Assembly: GCA_041621735.1 (NCBI GenBank)
Contig: JBFKAF010000001.1
Location: 19,074-83,073, forward strand
DNA from: Pseudomonas sp.
Lineage (GTDB): Bacteria; Pseudomonadota; Gammaproteobacteria; Pseudomonadales; Pseudomonadaceae
Reading direction: 5' to 3'
DNA length: 64,000 nucleotides
Positions 38,576-48,072 of the stretch are shown here, piece after piece. The translations under genes and the position numbers were made by a program. Positions within the stretch are counted from its first letter, which is position 1, and each line of letters opens with the position of its first letter. The notes under the pieces were generated by a model. That model made no database searches. It worked only from the letters and a program-made list of their open reading frames with translations, and was not told where the DNA came from.

Positions 38576-40243
38576 TTATTGGTGACTGCGCAGAAGTTCG
38601 CGTGGCACCTCAGCCAGCGGTCGGCCATCCGCGTACCTGCCGGTGATGAGTTCTGCCGCGCGCAGCGCGATGGCCATAGCCGGGGCATTGGTGTTGCCCG
38701 ACGGCAGGCTCGGCATGATCGAGGTGTCAACTACGCGCACGCCGCTGACACCTCGTACGCGAAGCTCTGGGTCGAGCACTGAGTCGGCATCGCTGCCCAT
38801 TCGGCAAGTACCCGACACGTGGTAGGCAGTGCGACCAATCCGCATCGCCACCTCCAGTAGCTCTTCATCGGTGTGGTACTGCACCCCGGGTACCTCCTCG
38901 GAGACAACCAGCGAGGCCAGTGCCGGTTGCGCGACTAGCTGGCGAACCCAACGAATGAGCGACACGGCGGAGTCACGATCAATTTTCTCTGACAGGTAAT
39001 TGGCAATAATCGAGGGGGCTGCATCTGGATCGGCAGAACGGATCGCCACCTCGCCGCGACTTTCCGGCCGGGTGAAATAGCAATAGAACGTGAGGCCGTG
39101 CTCCTTCTCTGGAACGACGCGATTGTCCTTGTCGACAGTCAGCGAATGCAGGCTGACGCCGATCTGCGCATCGGCGCGCTCAAGCTCTGGCCTGGTCTTC
39201 ACGAAGCCACCCGCCTCGTGCGCGGCATGGCTCAATGGCCCCCGGCTGTGCACGAAATACTGCCACAGCGAACGCAGCAGCCCCACGCCTCGAAAGGCAT
39301 GGTTGAGGCTGCCGCGGCGCACGCGATACTGCAGGGGAAGGCACAGGTGCTCGCACAGGTTCTGCCCGACCTGCGGGCGATCGGCGACTACGGCGATACC
39401 CTGTTCGCGCAGCAGTGCTGCAGGTCCCACGCCAGAAAGCTGCAGCAATTTGGGCGACTGGATGGCGCCGGCGCTGAGGATTACCTCGCGAGAGATACCG
39501 ATCTCCCGCATGCCGCGCTTATCGCGCAGGCTGAGGCTGCTTACGCGAGTGTCATTGAAATTGATTTTCAGTACATCGGTGTCCGTGAGGATGGTCAGGT
39601 TGGCGCGCCCACGTATCGGCTGCAGGAAGGCCCGCGCAGCACTGAAGCGCTTGCCTTGCCAGATATTCTGCGGCTGGTAGCCGAAAGCACCCTGCTCTAC
39701 CGTCGCCACATGATTGGTATCCTCCACACGCGGCGTGCCGCACTGCTGCGCAGCAGTGATCACCGCTTCACAGAGCGGCGAAACTGACGAATGGATACTG
39801 ACCTTTAGCGGCCCACCGGCGCCACGCCCTTCGGCAGCGCCCAAACTATGATCCTCTAGGGCGACGAACTGTCGGCTGATGTCCTGCCACCCCCAGCCAC
39901 TGCAGCCAGCGGCTTCCCAGGCATCGTAATCTGCCGGGGTGCCTCGGACATAGACCATGCCATTGATGGAACTTGATCCCCCCAGGGTTCTGCCCTTCAA
40001 CCAAAGCTCGGAAGGTTTGCCGTTACCAGGATCTATCTGGTAGTTCCAGACGTGCTTGTTTCCGGCAATAAGCAATTTACCGATGCCTCTCGGCATCCTG
40101 ATCATCGGATCACTGTCGGCGGAACCACTTTCTACCAGCAGCACCGATACTGAAGGATCCACGGACAGTCGATTGGCCAATACGCAGCCCGACGATCCCG
40201 CACCGACTATGACGTAGTCATATCGCTCTTGCATTGCAGGCAC
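38576..40243 (-). CDS. GMC family FAD oxidoreductase (choline/alcohol dehydrogenase-like)
   Basis: GAGSSG, GRTLGGSSSINGM, YHVSGTCRMG, GNTNAP. Confidence 0.92.
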   Translation of the reverse strand: MPAMQERYDYVIVGAGSSGCVLANRLSVDPSVSVLLVESGSADSDPMIRMPRGIGKLLIAGNKHVWNYQIDPGNGKPSELWLKGRTLGGSSSINGMVYVRGTPADYDAWEAAGCSGWGWQDISRQFVALEDHSLGAAEGRGAGGPLKVSIHSSVSPLCEAVITAAQQCGTPRVEDTNHVATVEQGAFGYQPQNIWQGKRFSAARAFLQPIRGRANLTILTDTDVLKINFNDTRVSSLSLRDKRGMREIGISREVILSAGAIQSPKLLQLSGVGPAALLREQGIAVVADRPQVGQNLCEHLCLPLQYRVRRGSLNHAFRGVGLLRSLWQYFVHSRGPLSHAAHEAGGFVKTRPELERADAQIGVSLHSLTVDKDNRVVPEKEHGLTFYCYFTRPESRGEVAIRSADPDAAPSIIANYLSEKIDRDSAVSLIRWVRQLVAQPALASLVVSEEVPGVQYHTDEELLEVAMRIGRTAYHVSGTCRMGSDADSVLDPELRVRGVSGVRVVDTSIMPSLPSGNTNAPAMAIALRAAELITGRYADGRPLAEVPRELLRSHQ

Positions 40244-40330
40244 CTGATTGCTGTTATATTTCCGTTACCAAAAAGAAACATATTGTCGACTTCTACTCCT
40301 AACTACATCTTTAGAGACCGACAGGCATTC

Positions 40331-41533
40331 TTACTCTGGTCCTTCCGGACTGCGTTCCCAGAGCACTTCCTTGGCGGTCGGTGCAGCCAGCCCTCCCTCC
40401 ATCCAGGAAAGGATTTCGAAGTAGTCCTGCTTCAGATCGTCCTTGAGCACCTCGGCCCGAGGTTTCACCTTGACCACGTAGATGCTTTGCAGATTCTGGT
40501 GATCCAGGGCGCGCCACTTCTGCTCGTCCTTGAGTAGACGGTATGGGTGATCATCGAGGGCGGCGATCACCGCAGAGGACTCGACGCTACCGGCCCGTGC
40601 CACCGCGTCTACCCATTGCAGGACTATCCCGTAAGAGGACGCGGCGGCACTGGATGGATAGCTCTGGTAGCGCGCGATGTAGTCGGCAACGAAGCGCTTA
40701 CCGCGCGGACTGTTTTCACGTTCCGGCACCTGCCAGGTCCAGGTGTCCGTACCCAGCACACCGCTCATCAGGGCCGGACCGGCCTGATCGACCATGTCTT
40801 GGTTGAGGCTGGGCACCACCACTAACATACGTTCCTTGAGATGCAGGTCATTGACGATGCGCATCGCATTGACCACATCTGTACCGTAGAGCATCAGGAT
40901 CAGTATTTCGGCCTTGCTCTGTGCCGCCTGCTTGATGGCCTCTCGATAGTGGTTAAGGTTGGATACGTCCTTGCTGCGCGAAGCGTCGCCCAGGCTGCCG
41001 CTCCAACCATTGGGAATGATGTCGTGAGTGGTGATAATGAAGTAGCGCTTGCCAGGCAGAATGGTCTCCAGGTACTCCATTAACAGGTTATTGGCCATCC
41101 GCGCGCTCGCGCCTTCGCGGAATAGATAGGGATGGCCGTCGCGACCAGTAACCCGGTTGGCATAGGCTGAGGGCACGAAGTACGGTAGACGTAGCTGCCG
41201 GGCACGCTCTCCGGCTGCGATGGCTTCATCACTCGCCGCACCGCCCATGACCATCACCGCGCCTTCCTTGGCCAGATGTGTGACATTCGCCGCTGCTTTT
41301 TCAGGATCCGCGCCACTGTTCTGGCTGACCAGTTTAAGTGGCTGCCCCAGTACGCCCCCGGCACGATTGACTTCATCCACCGCCATCAGCGCTCCTCGCT
41401 TCTGTGATAGCCCCTCCCACTTGTAACTCCCCGTGCTCGGGTAGCTCAGGCCGATCACCAAGGGCTCAGCGGCAAAAAGTTGTGCTTGCAGGCAGACGAA
41501 CGACAATGCGGCGAGCAGGACTTTCATGCCCAT
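40331..41533 (-). CDS. Orphan periplasmic substrate-binding protein (LIV/type I fold)
   Basis: Signal peptide; IGLSYPSTG, AVDEVNRAGGVLG, WRALDHQNLQ; no ABC permease or ATPase in the window. Confidence 0.8.
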   Translation of the reverse strand: MGMKVLLAALSFVCLQAQLFAAEPLVIGLSYPSTGSYKWEGLSQKRGALMAVDEVNRAGGVLGQPLKLVSQNSGADPEKAAANVTHLAKEGAVMVMGGAASDEAIAAGERARQLRLPYFVPSAYANRVTGRDGHPYLFREGASARMANNLLMEYLETILPGKRYFIITTHDIIPNGWSGSLGDASRSKDVSNLNHYREAIKQAAQSKAEILILMLYGTDVVNAMRIVNDLHLKERMLVVVPSLNQDMVDQAGPALMSGVLGTDTWTWQVPERENSPRGKRFVADYIARYQSYPSSAAASSYGIVLQWVDAVARAGSVESSAVIAALDDHPYRLLKDEQKWRALDHQNLQSIYVVKVKPRAEVLKDDLKQDYFEILSWMEGGLAAPTAKEVLWERSPEGPE

Positions 41534-41614
41534 CTCCTTGATTTTTTATTGTTCTTTCGCGCAGCAAAGTGGCGCCGCCCCAACTAAGCGAGCCGGCGCA
41601 AAGCAGAGGCGAAT

Positions 41615-42796
41615 TCACTCGCGCGACAGCAACACCGCGCCAGCAAGCGGGCCGCCACCATTGCTTGCCACTGCCAGCTTCGGGTTGCCCGGTACCTGAC
41701 GCGCTTCACCCTGCCCACGTAACTGCACCACTGCCTCATGGACATGCCCCAGGCCGTGCAGACGTCCGGCCGAAAGCTGACCGCCGTGAGTGGCCAAAGG
41801 CAACTCACCGTCCAAAGCAATGCGCTGGCCACCTTCGACGAAGGCCGCCGCCTCGCCCCGCCCGCAGAAGCCCAGCCCCTCCAACCAGAGCAGGGTGAGG
41901 AAGCTAAAACCGTCGTAGAGTTCGGCCAAGTCAACGTCCGCCGGTTTGTAGTCGGTCCGACTCCACAAGCGTTTGCCGCAAGCCTCGGCGCTGTAGCGAG
42001 TAAGGTCGTCCATCTGATCCCAGGCATCGTGCCCGGTAAAGGTGCCGCAGATGGACTCGACGAACACCGGCTTGCTGCGCAGATCGGCCGCCGTATCGCG
42101 ATGGGAAACAATCATCACGGTGGAACCGTCCACCGGCACGTCGCAGTCGAACAGGCATAGCGGTGTCGAGATCATCCGCGCTGCCATGTACTGATCCAGG
42201 TTTAGAGGCTCGCGATAGACTGCGCTTGGGTTAAGCGCCGCATTACGCCGAGCATTGATGGCAATGGCCGCCAGTTGCTCGCGCCGGGTGCCAAACTCAT
42301 GGAAATAGCGGCTGGCGGCCAGGCCTACCCAGTTTGCCGCCGATGTCGCCTGAAACGGCACTAGGAACTCGCCGAACCCAGAAATTCGTAGTTCCCCGCC
42401 CACCGTGCTGGAGCGCACGCCCTGGGCCAGGGCGCTGGACTCGGTGACCGTGCGGAACACTAGCACATGCCGAGCCTGGCCAGAGGCCACGGCCATGCAG
42501 GCATTGATCAGGGCGCTCATCTGAGTGGCTTCGTTGCCCGCGCTGTACCAGTTAAGCTCCAGTGCCAGGGACTCCTTGATCTGGCCGATGGACACTGGGG
42601 AAAAGGCCGGCATGTCAGCGCGATAGCCGGGCCAGCTAGCGACCCCATCGATATCGGCACGATCCAGTCCCGCATCCTCAAGTGCGGCGAAGATGGCCTC
42701 CAGCGTAAGGTCCAGACCCGTGCGACCCAACCTGCGGCCCACGGCCGACTGACCGATACCGGAGATGATCGCTGTACGTTCGAGCACCGACGCCAT
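41615..42796 (-). CDS. Non-canonical thiolase-fold protein (Ltp/SCP-x type)
   Basis: ISGIGQS, DCDVPVDG, ELYDGF, THGGQLSAGRLHG; no canonical Cys motif; ATG 42796 after AGAGG. Confidence 0.85.
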   Translation of the reverse strand: MASVLERTAIISGIGQSAVGRRLGRTGLDLTLEAIFAALEDAGLDRADIDGVASWPGYRADMPAFSPVSIGQIKESLALELNWYSAGNEATQMSALINACMAVASGQARHVLVFRTVTESSALAQGVRSSTVGGELRISGFGEFLVPFQATSAANWVGLAASRYFHEFGTRREQLAAIAINARRNAALNPSAVYREPLNLDQYMAARMISTPLCLFDCDVPVDGSTVMIVSHRDTAADLRSKPVFVESICGTFTGHDAWDQMDDLTRYSAEACGKRLWSRTDYKPADVDLAELYDGFSFLTLLWLEGLGFCGRGEAAAFVEGGQRIALDGELPLATHGGQLSAGRLHGLGHVHEAVVQLRGQGEARQVPGNPKLAVASNGGGPLAGAVLLSRE

Positions 42797-42904
42797 GAAG
42801 ATTCCTCTTGCTTGTAGTAGGTAATAGCACAACCCCTGATCGCCAGGAGCTGGGAGGCGAAGAATGAGTATTGACCCCCCACGCACACTGCGGCAGACTC
42901 CAAT

Positions 42905-42923
42905 AAATGTCAATCAGTCAGTT
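42905..42923. promoter_or_regulatory. Cluster-wide operator, copy 6
   Basis: AAATGTC-AATCA-GTCAGTT in a divergent intergenic region. Confidence 0.65.
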
Positions 42924-43047
42924 TTCTTGCAAAATAGCCTTACCGCCTACCGATGCGGAATACAGACTGAAGGCCATGTAAGCCGGACAGCCCCTCAGGC
43001 ACATGCCACGAGGGATGCCTACAAAAACAACATCGAGGTCTAGATTC

Positions 43048-44673
43048 ATGTCAATACGCGAACCCGGCTGGAGCACTGATCAGGTCGATACCATCAACGC
43101 AGTGCTGCAGCGCTCGACGGCAAAATACGGCGAGCGCAAGTTTCTCGACTTCCTTGGCGAAAGCTACAGCTATGCCGACCTCAACCATGCCGCCTGCCGC
43201 CTGGCCAACGGCCTGCGTGAGCTGGGCGTGAGCAAAGGCCAGACCGTGGTCACCGTGCTGGATAACTCGGCCGACGCGGTCTGTATCTGGTTCGCCATCA
43301 ACAAGCTGGGAGCGGTCAGCGTACCGGTCAACACCGCGCTCAAGGGCGACTTCCTGCGCCACCAGGTTGCCGATGCCGATGCCTCCATAGTGATCGCCGA
43401 GAGCGACTATGCCGAGCGCGTGGCGAACATCGCCGACAAACTGCCGAAACTGGAGACTCTGGTCTATCGTGGGGCGGTGCCGGACCTGGTACTCGACAAG
43501 CCGCTACTGCCCTGGAGCCGGATCCTCAGTGCCGACACCAGCGAACCGGAGGTTGAGGTGCAGCCGGGCGATCTGGCCATGCTGATCTATACCGGCGGCA
43601 CCACCGGCCCCTCCAAGGGTTGCATGATCAGCCATAACTACGCCTGTAGCCTGGCGCGACAGATGCTGATAATCACCAACCGCCAGGAAGACACCATCAC
43701 CTGGTCGCCGCTACCGCTGTTCCATTTCAACGCAGTCGCCACCACTGTCCTCTGCAACATGATGGTCGGTGCCCAGGTAGCCATCTATCCACGCTTCTCG
43801 GTATCCAACTTCTGGCCGGAGATCGAGCGCACCGGCGCCAACGACGTGCAATTGCTGGCTTCGATGATGCCGATGCTCGCCGGCGCGCCAGACAACGATG
43901 CGATGAAGCGCTGCTTCGGACAGGTCAAGGGCGTCTGGGGCGCTCCTTTCCCGGTACCCGTGCAACAAACGTGGAAACAGCGCTTTGGCGTGACCCACAC
44001 CATCTGCGGCGGCTTCGGTCTTAGCGAATGCTCATTGCCAACCATACTGCCGTTCGGCACGCCGATGCGCCCGAACAGCTCGGGCAAACGCAACACCGAG
44101 TACTTCGACGTGCGCATCGTCGACGACAACGACACCGAGGTGCCGCCTAACACCTCAGGTGAAATCATCGTCCGCCCTCGCAAGCCGCACATCATGTTCG
44201 AAGGCTACTGGCGCCGCCCCGAGGACACCCTCAAGGTCATGCGCAACATGTGGTTCCACACCGGCGACATCGGCATGTTCGACGAGGACGACTACTTCTA
44301 CTTCCTCGATCGCAAGAAGGACTATCTGCGCCGCCGTGGCGAGAACATCTCCAGCTTCGAAGTGGAAAGCGCCTTCCTCCAGCATCCGGCCGTGGACGAA
44401 GTAGCCGCCCATGCGGTGCTGTCGGACCTGGGCGAGGATGAGCTGAAGGTGACCATCACCCTCCAGCCAGATACCGCCCTCAACGAACTGGACCTGTGTG
44501 CTTGGGCAGCGGAACAGATGCCCTACTACGCAGTGCCGCGCTACATCGAGTTCCGTAACGCCCTGCCGAAGAGCCCGCTGGGGCGGGTCTACAAATTCCA
44601 ACTGCGCGACGAAGGTGTCACCGGCGCAACCTGGGACCGCGAGAAAGTCGGCTTCAAGCTGCAGAAGCGCTGA
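43048..44673 (+). CDS. ATP-dependent acyl-CoA ligase (CaiC-like)
   Basis: YTGGTTGPSKG, FGLSE, WFHTGD, DRKKDYLRRRGENISSFEVE. Confidence 0.9.
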   Translation: MSIREPGWSTDQVDTINAVLQRSTAKYGERKFLDFLGESYSYADLNHAACRLANGLRELGVSKGQTVVTVLDNSADAVCIWFAINKLGAVSVPVNTALKGDFLRHQVADADASIVIAESDYAERVANIADKLPKLETLVYRGAVPDLVLDKPLLPWSRILSADTSEPEVEVQPGDLAMLIYTGGTTGPSKGCMISHNYACSLARQMLIITNRQEDTITWSPLPLFHFNAVATTVLCNMMVGAQVAIYPRFSVSNFWPEIERTGANDVQLLASMMPMLAGAPDNDAMKRCFGQVKGVWGAPFPVPVQQTWKQRFGVTHTICGGFGLSECSLPTILPFGTPMRPNSSGKRNTEYFDVRIVDDNDTEVPPNTSGEIIVRPRKPHIMFEGYWRRPEDTLKVMRNMWFHTGDIGMFDEDDYFYFLDRKKDYLRRRGENISSFEVESAFLQHPAVDEVAAHAVLSDLGEDELKVTITLQPDTALNELDLCAWAAEQMPYYAVPRYIEFRNALPKSPLGRVYKFQLRDEGVTGATWDREKVGFKLQKR

Positions 44674-44693
44674 GCAACCTGGAAGGGCGTGCA

Positions 44694-45551
44694 ATGAAAG
44701 GAACAAGGATTGACTTCACGGGAGCTTCGGACAACCGCCTGGCGGCGGATATGTCCGGCCCGGAAGACGCGCCCACGGTGATTCTCCTGCATGGTGGCGG
44801 ACAGACTCGCCACTCCTGGGCCCGTGCCCACAAGGTGCTGGCGGCCAGGGGCTACCGCGTGGTGTCGCTAGACGCCCGCGGCCATGGCGAGTCCGACTGG
44901 GTCGCCAATGGCGACTATACCCTGGAGGCCCAAGTCGCCGACCTGCTTGGGGTGATCGACGCTATTGGCGGGCGCCCGGCGCTGGTCGGCGCCTCCATGG
45001 GAGGGACCCATTCGCTAATTGCCTGCGGACGCCATCCCGGCATCGCCTCGGCACTGATACTGGTAGACGTCGCACCCCGCCTCGAACTCAGCGGCATCGA
45101 GCACATCATTGGCTTCATGACCCAGCATCCCGAAGGCTTCGCCTCGGTGCAGCAAGCGGCCGACGTGGTCGCCACCTACAATCCAAACCGCCCGCCACCA
45201 CGCGACCTCAAGGGGCTCTGCAAAAACCTGCGGCAACGCGACGATGGCCGCTGGTACTGGCACTGGGATCCGCGCTTCATGCACGGCAATCACCTGGAAA
45301 AAATCGCCCACATCAGCCAGCAGATGAAGGAGGCTGCCTCGAGCATCTGTATTCCGACTCTATTGGTGCGCGGCCAACAGAGTGACGTGGTCAGCCCGGA
45401 AGGTGCCCAGGAGCTGCGCACCATGCTGCCGCATTTGGCTTTCGTTGATATCGCAGGCGCGGGCCACATGGTCGCCGGCGACAAGAACGATCATTTCAAC
45501 AACGCCGTAATCGACTTCCTGCAGCACCATCATCCCCTGCCGCAGGCATGA
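44694..45551 (+). CDS. Alpha/beta hydrolase
   Basis: HGGGQTRHSW, GASMGG, WHWDP, AGHMVAGD. Confidence 0.88.
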   Translation: MKGTRIDFTGASDNRLAADMSGPEDAPTVILLHGGGQTRHSWARAHKVLAARGYRVVSLDARGHGESDWVANGDYTLEAQVADLLGVIDAIGGRPALVGASMGGTHSLIACGRHPGIASALILVDVAPRLELSGIEHIIGFMTQHPEGFASVQQAADVVATYNPNRPPPRDLKGLCKNLRQRDDGRWYWHWDPRFMHGNHLEKIAHISQQMKEAASSICIPTLLVRGQQSDVVSPEGAQELRTMLPHLAFVDIAGAGHMVAGDKNDHFNNAVIDFLQHHHPLPQA

Positions 45552-45567
45552 CGATCGTCATGCCCTA

Positions 45568-46428
45568 CTAGCGTTCACTGATCAGGCAATCCTGAGCGAT
45601 CGAGGCCACCAGATGCCGCGACCGGTCATAGATGCGAACTTGGGTCAGTCCCCTGCCATTCTGCATACTCGGGCTTTCACAGACGAACAGTAACCAGTCG
45701 TCGGCCACCGGCGGCCGATGAAACCACAGAGAGTGGTTGAGGCTGGAGACAAACAGCCGCTCGCGTGCCTGCTCGACCGGTACATGAAAGCTGATGGCAG
45801 CGGAGTTGATCCAGAAATCACTGAGATAGGCCAAAGCCGCGGCATGCACAGCGGGCGCGTCCGGAAGGCGTTCGCGCAGCTTAATCCAGTAAGCGATAGC
45901 GGGCTCCGGCGAGCATTCGCGCAAGTACAAGTGCGGTTCGATGATGCGCAGCTGTAAAAAGGGCTTCTCAAAACGCGCCCACCTGCCGTCTTCTATAGCA
46001 CCTATGGGTTCGACCTCGTCCGGTCCCGGCAGGTCGACTGCCTCCTGCATATGGAAGAACCCGGTAAGCGGCGCCTGAAAGGTGACCTGGGCATCCAGCA
46101 CCCGGCGTTCACCCTGACGTCCACCGACATGCAGGCTAGTGAAACGCTTACCTTCCTGCAGTGGCGTTACTTGGTAGTGCAGCGGCTGGTCGGTACGCGC
46201 GCCCTGAAGAAACAGGCAGTGCAGCGTCGCCGGCTCCAAGCCGGAGCAACAGTGCTGCGCCGCAGCGAGTGCCTGGCCCAATAACTGGCCGCCAAACACA
46301 CGCCCATTCAAATTACTGTCATGAACCCGAGCAACGAAGTCAGACGCATGCCCTTGTTCGAGCAGAAACAACTCCACCATATTTTCCTGGCCCCAGCCGT
46401 CCGACTTTTTTTGCGGTAAAACCGTCAT
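45568..46428 (-). CDS. Acyl-CoA thioesterase II (TesB-like)
   Basis: RVFGGQLLGQAL, LAYLSD, SLNHSLWFHR, ASIAQD. Confidence 0.88.
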   Translation of the reverse strand: MTVLPQKKSDGWGQENMVELFLLEQGHASDFVARVHDSNLNGRVFGGQLLGQALAAAQHCCSGLEPATLHCLFLQGARTDQPLHYQVTPLQEGKRFTSLHVGGRQGERRVLDAQVTFQAPLTGFFHMQEAVDLPGPDEVEPIGAIEDGRWARFEKPFLQLRIIEPHLYLRECSPEPAIAYWIKLRERLPDAPAVHAAALAYLSDFWINSAAISFHVPVEQARERLFVSSLNHSLWFHRPPVADDWLLFVCESPSMQNGRGLTQVRIYDRSRHLVASIAQDCLISER

Positions 46429-46521
46429 GCACCCCTACTCCAGATCAATGGTCGAACAGGCGAGATCGGCGAATCCGCGCCACGATACGGACTCGCTTGA
46501 TGGCTTCGACACTACCCAATA

Positions 46522-46540
46522 AACTGACTAACAGTCAATT
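46522..46540. promoter_or_regulatory. Cluster-wide operator, copy 7
   Basis: AACTGAC-TAACA-GTCAATT in a divergent intergenic region. Confidence 0.75.
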
Positions 46541-46577
46541 ATTCACTTCCCAGCCTTGCCGAATCTGGAGGCAATCT

Positions 46578-47612
46578 ATGCCGGACCTCGATACCAGCCA
46601 GCAGTTGGTAGACGCCGTACGAAGCGCAAGAGCCCGAGGCGTCCAGTTGCGTATCAGGGGAGGCAAGAGCAAGGCATTCCTGAGTCACGCGGCAGATGGA
46701 GAGGAACTCGATACCCGTGCACATCGCGGCATCATCGACTTCGATCCGCAGCGAATGAGGGTCAAGGTGCGCGCCGGCACGCCCTTGAACGAATTGCGCG
46801 CAACTCTGGATATAGCCGGATGGATGCTCGCCTTCGAGCCCCCGGGCTTTTCATCGACTGCCACGGTTGGCGGCATGCTCGCCTGCGGCCTGGCCGGCCC
46901 GCGTCGCCCTTGGAGTGGCACAGTGGGCGATCATCTCCTGGGAGCTGTACTCATTGATGGTCGTGGCGAGCGTCAAGAGGTCGGCGCGCATATGGACACT
47001 GCACACCGGCATGACAAGGTTACTGACCTGCTGGCGGGCAGCCTGGGTCGTCTCGGCGTCATCATCGAAGCAACCCTGAGGGTGGTGCAAAAGCCATGCG
47101 CAGAGCTAACCCTGCGCCTGCAAAGCAGCCAGGGGGTGGTGAGCCGACAACTCGCGGAGTGGGCCTGTTACCGGATGCCGATCAGCGGCCTTTGTCATAC
47201 CGGCGACGCCCTCTACATCCGCCTGGAAGGAAGCAAGGTCCAGGTTAACCGGGGGCTAAGTCTGATTGGCGGCGATCCGGTCCATGCAGGATTGTGGACC
47301 GAGCTGCGGGAGCACAGACTGAGCTTCTTCCGCGATCCACGGCCGCTTTGGCGCCTGACCGTCTCCAGCGATGCACCTCGAGGGAAAATACCCGGCGATC
47401 TATTGCTGGATTGGGGTGGCGCCCAGGGTTGGCTGAAAAGCGCCGAACCCAGCGTCACCATCCGACGCCTCGCCGAGTCGCTTGGCGGTTACGCAGTGTG
47501 CTTCACTCCGGACGCCAACGAACCCAGCCTGAAGGATGCCCCGCCCGCCAATTCGCCGCTCCTGCAGGAGCTCAAGCAGAGCCTGGATCCATATCTGCTG
47601 TTCGGGGCCTGA
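46578..47612 (+). CDS. GlcE-like FAD-binding protein (divergent, orphan)
   Basis: LRIRGGKSK, RAGTPL, LAFEPP, GLAGPRRPWSG, LDWGGAQGW; GGAGG RBS before ATG 46578. Confidence 0.78.
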   Translation: MPDLDTSQQLVDAVRSARARGVQLRIRGGKSKAFLSHAADGEELDTRAHRGIIDFDPQRMRVKVRAGTPLNELRATLDIAGWMLAFEPPGFSSTATVGGMLACGLAGPRRPWSGTVGDHLLGAVLIDGRGERQEVGAHMDTAHRHDKVTDLLAGSLGRLGVIIEATLRVVQKPCAELTLRLQSSQGVVSRQLAEWACYRMPISGLCHTGDALYIRLEGSKVQVNRGLSLIGGDPVHAGLWTELREHRLSFFRDPRPLWRLTVSSDAPRGKIPGDLLLDWGGAQGWLKSAEPSVTIRRLAESLGGYAVCFTPDANEPSLKDAPPANSPLLQELKQSLDPYLLFGA

Positions 47613-47619
47613 CGGCGAC

Positions 47620-48072
47620 TCACACCGCCGGAGTCTGGCGATTCACATACTTGAAGGTGCCCGAGGCGGTAGCCAGCAACTCGCCCTGCTCGTTACGTAC
47701 CTCGCCATCACAGAACGCCAGGGATTTAGCACTGCCGCGCAAAAAACCCTGCGCAACCAGCAGAGCACCAACGCCGCCGCCGGGGCGGATGAAACTGGTC
47801 TTTAACTCCACCGTGACGCAGCTGCGACCGTTGCCGTGGCCCAGGGTGCAGCAGGCCAGCACGGCGTCCATCAGAGTCATGAGCAATCCGCCATGGGCCG
47901 AGGCCCCGCCATTCATGTGGCACTCCTTGAGACGCAGGCGCAGTGTCGCCCCTCGCTCGTCGAACTCCGGGGCACCGAAGATGCTCAGGTGGTTCAACAA
48001 GGGATCCATGCCCTGCTGGGGTGAGATGCCAGCGGTAAAAGCGACTACTTCTTGGGTGTTTCTACTGGTCAC
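47620..48072 (-). CDS. PaaI family hot-dog thioesterase
   Basis: HMNGGASAHGGLLMTLMD, TVELKTSFIRP, ATASGTF. Confidence 0.88.
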   Translation of the reverse strand: MTSRNTQEVVAFTAGISPQQGMDPLLNHLSIFGAPEFDERGATLRLRLKECHMNGGASAHGGLLMTLMDAVLACCTLGHGNGRSCVTVELKTSFIRPGGGVGALLVAQGFLRGSAKSLAFCDGEVRNEQGELLATASGTFKYVNRQTPAV

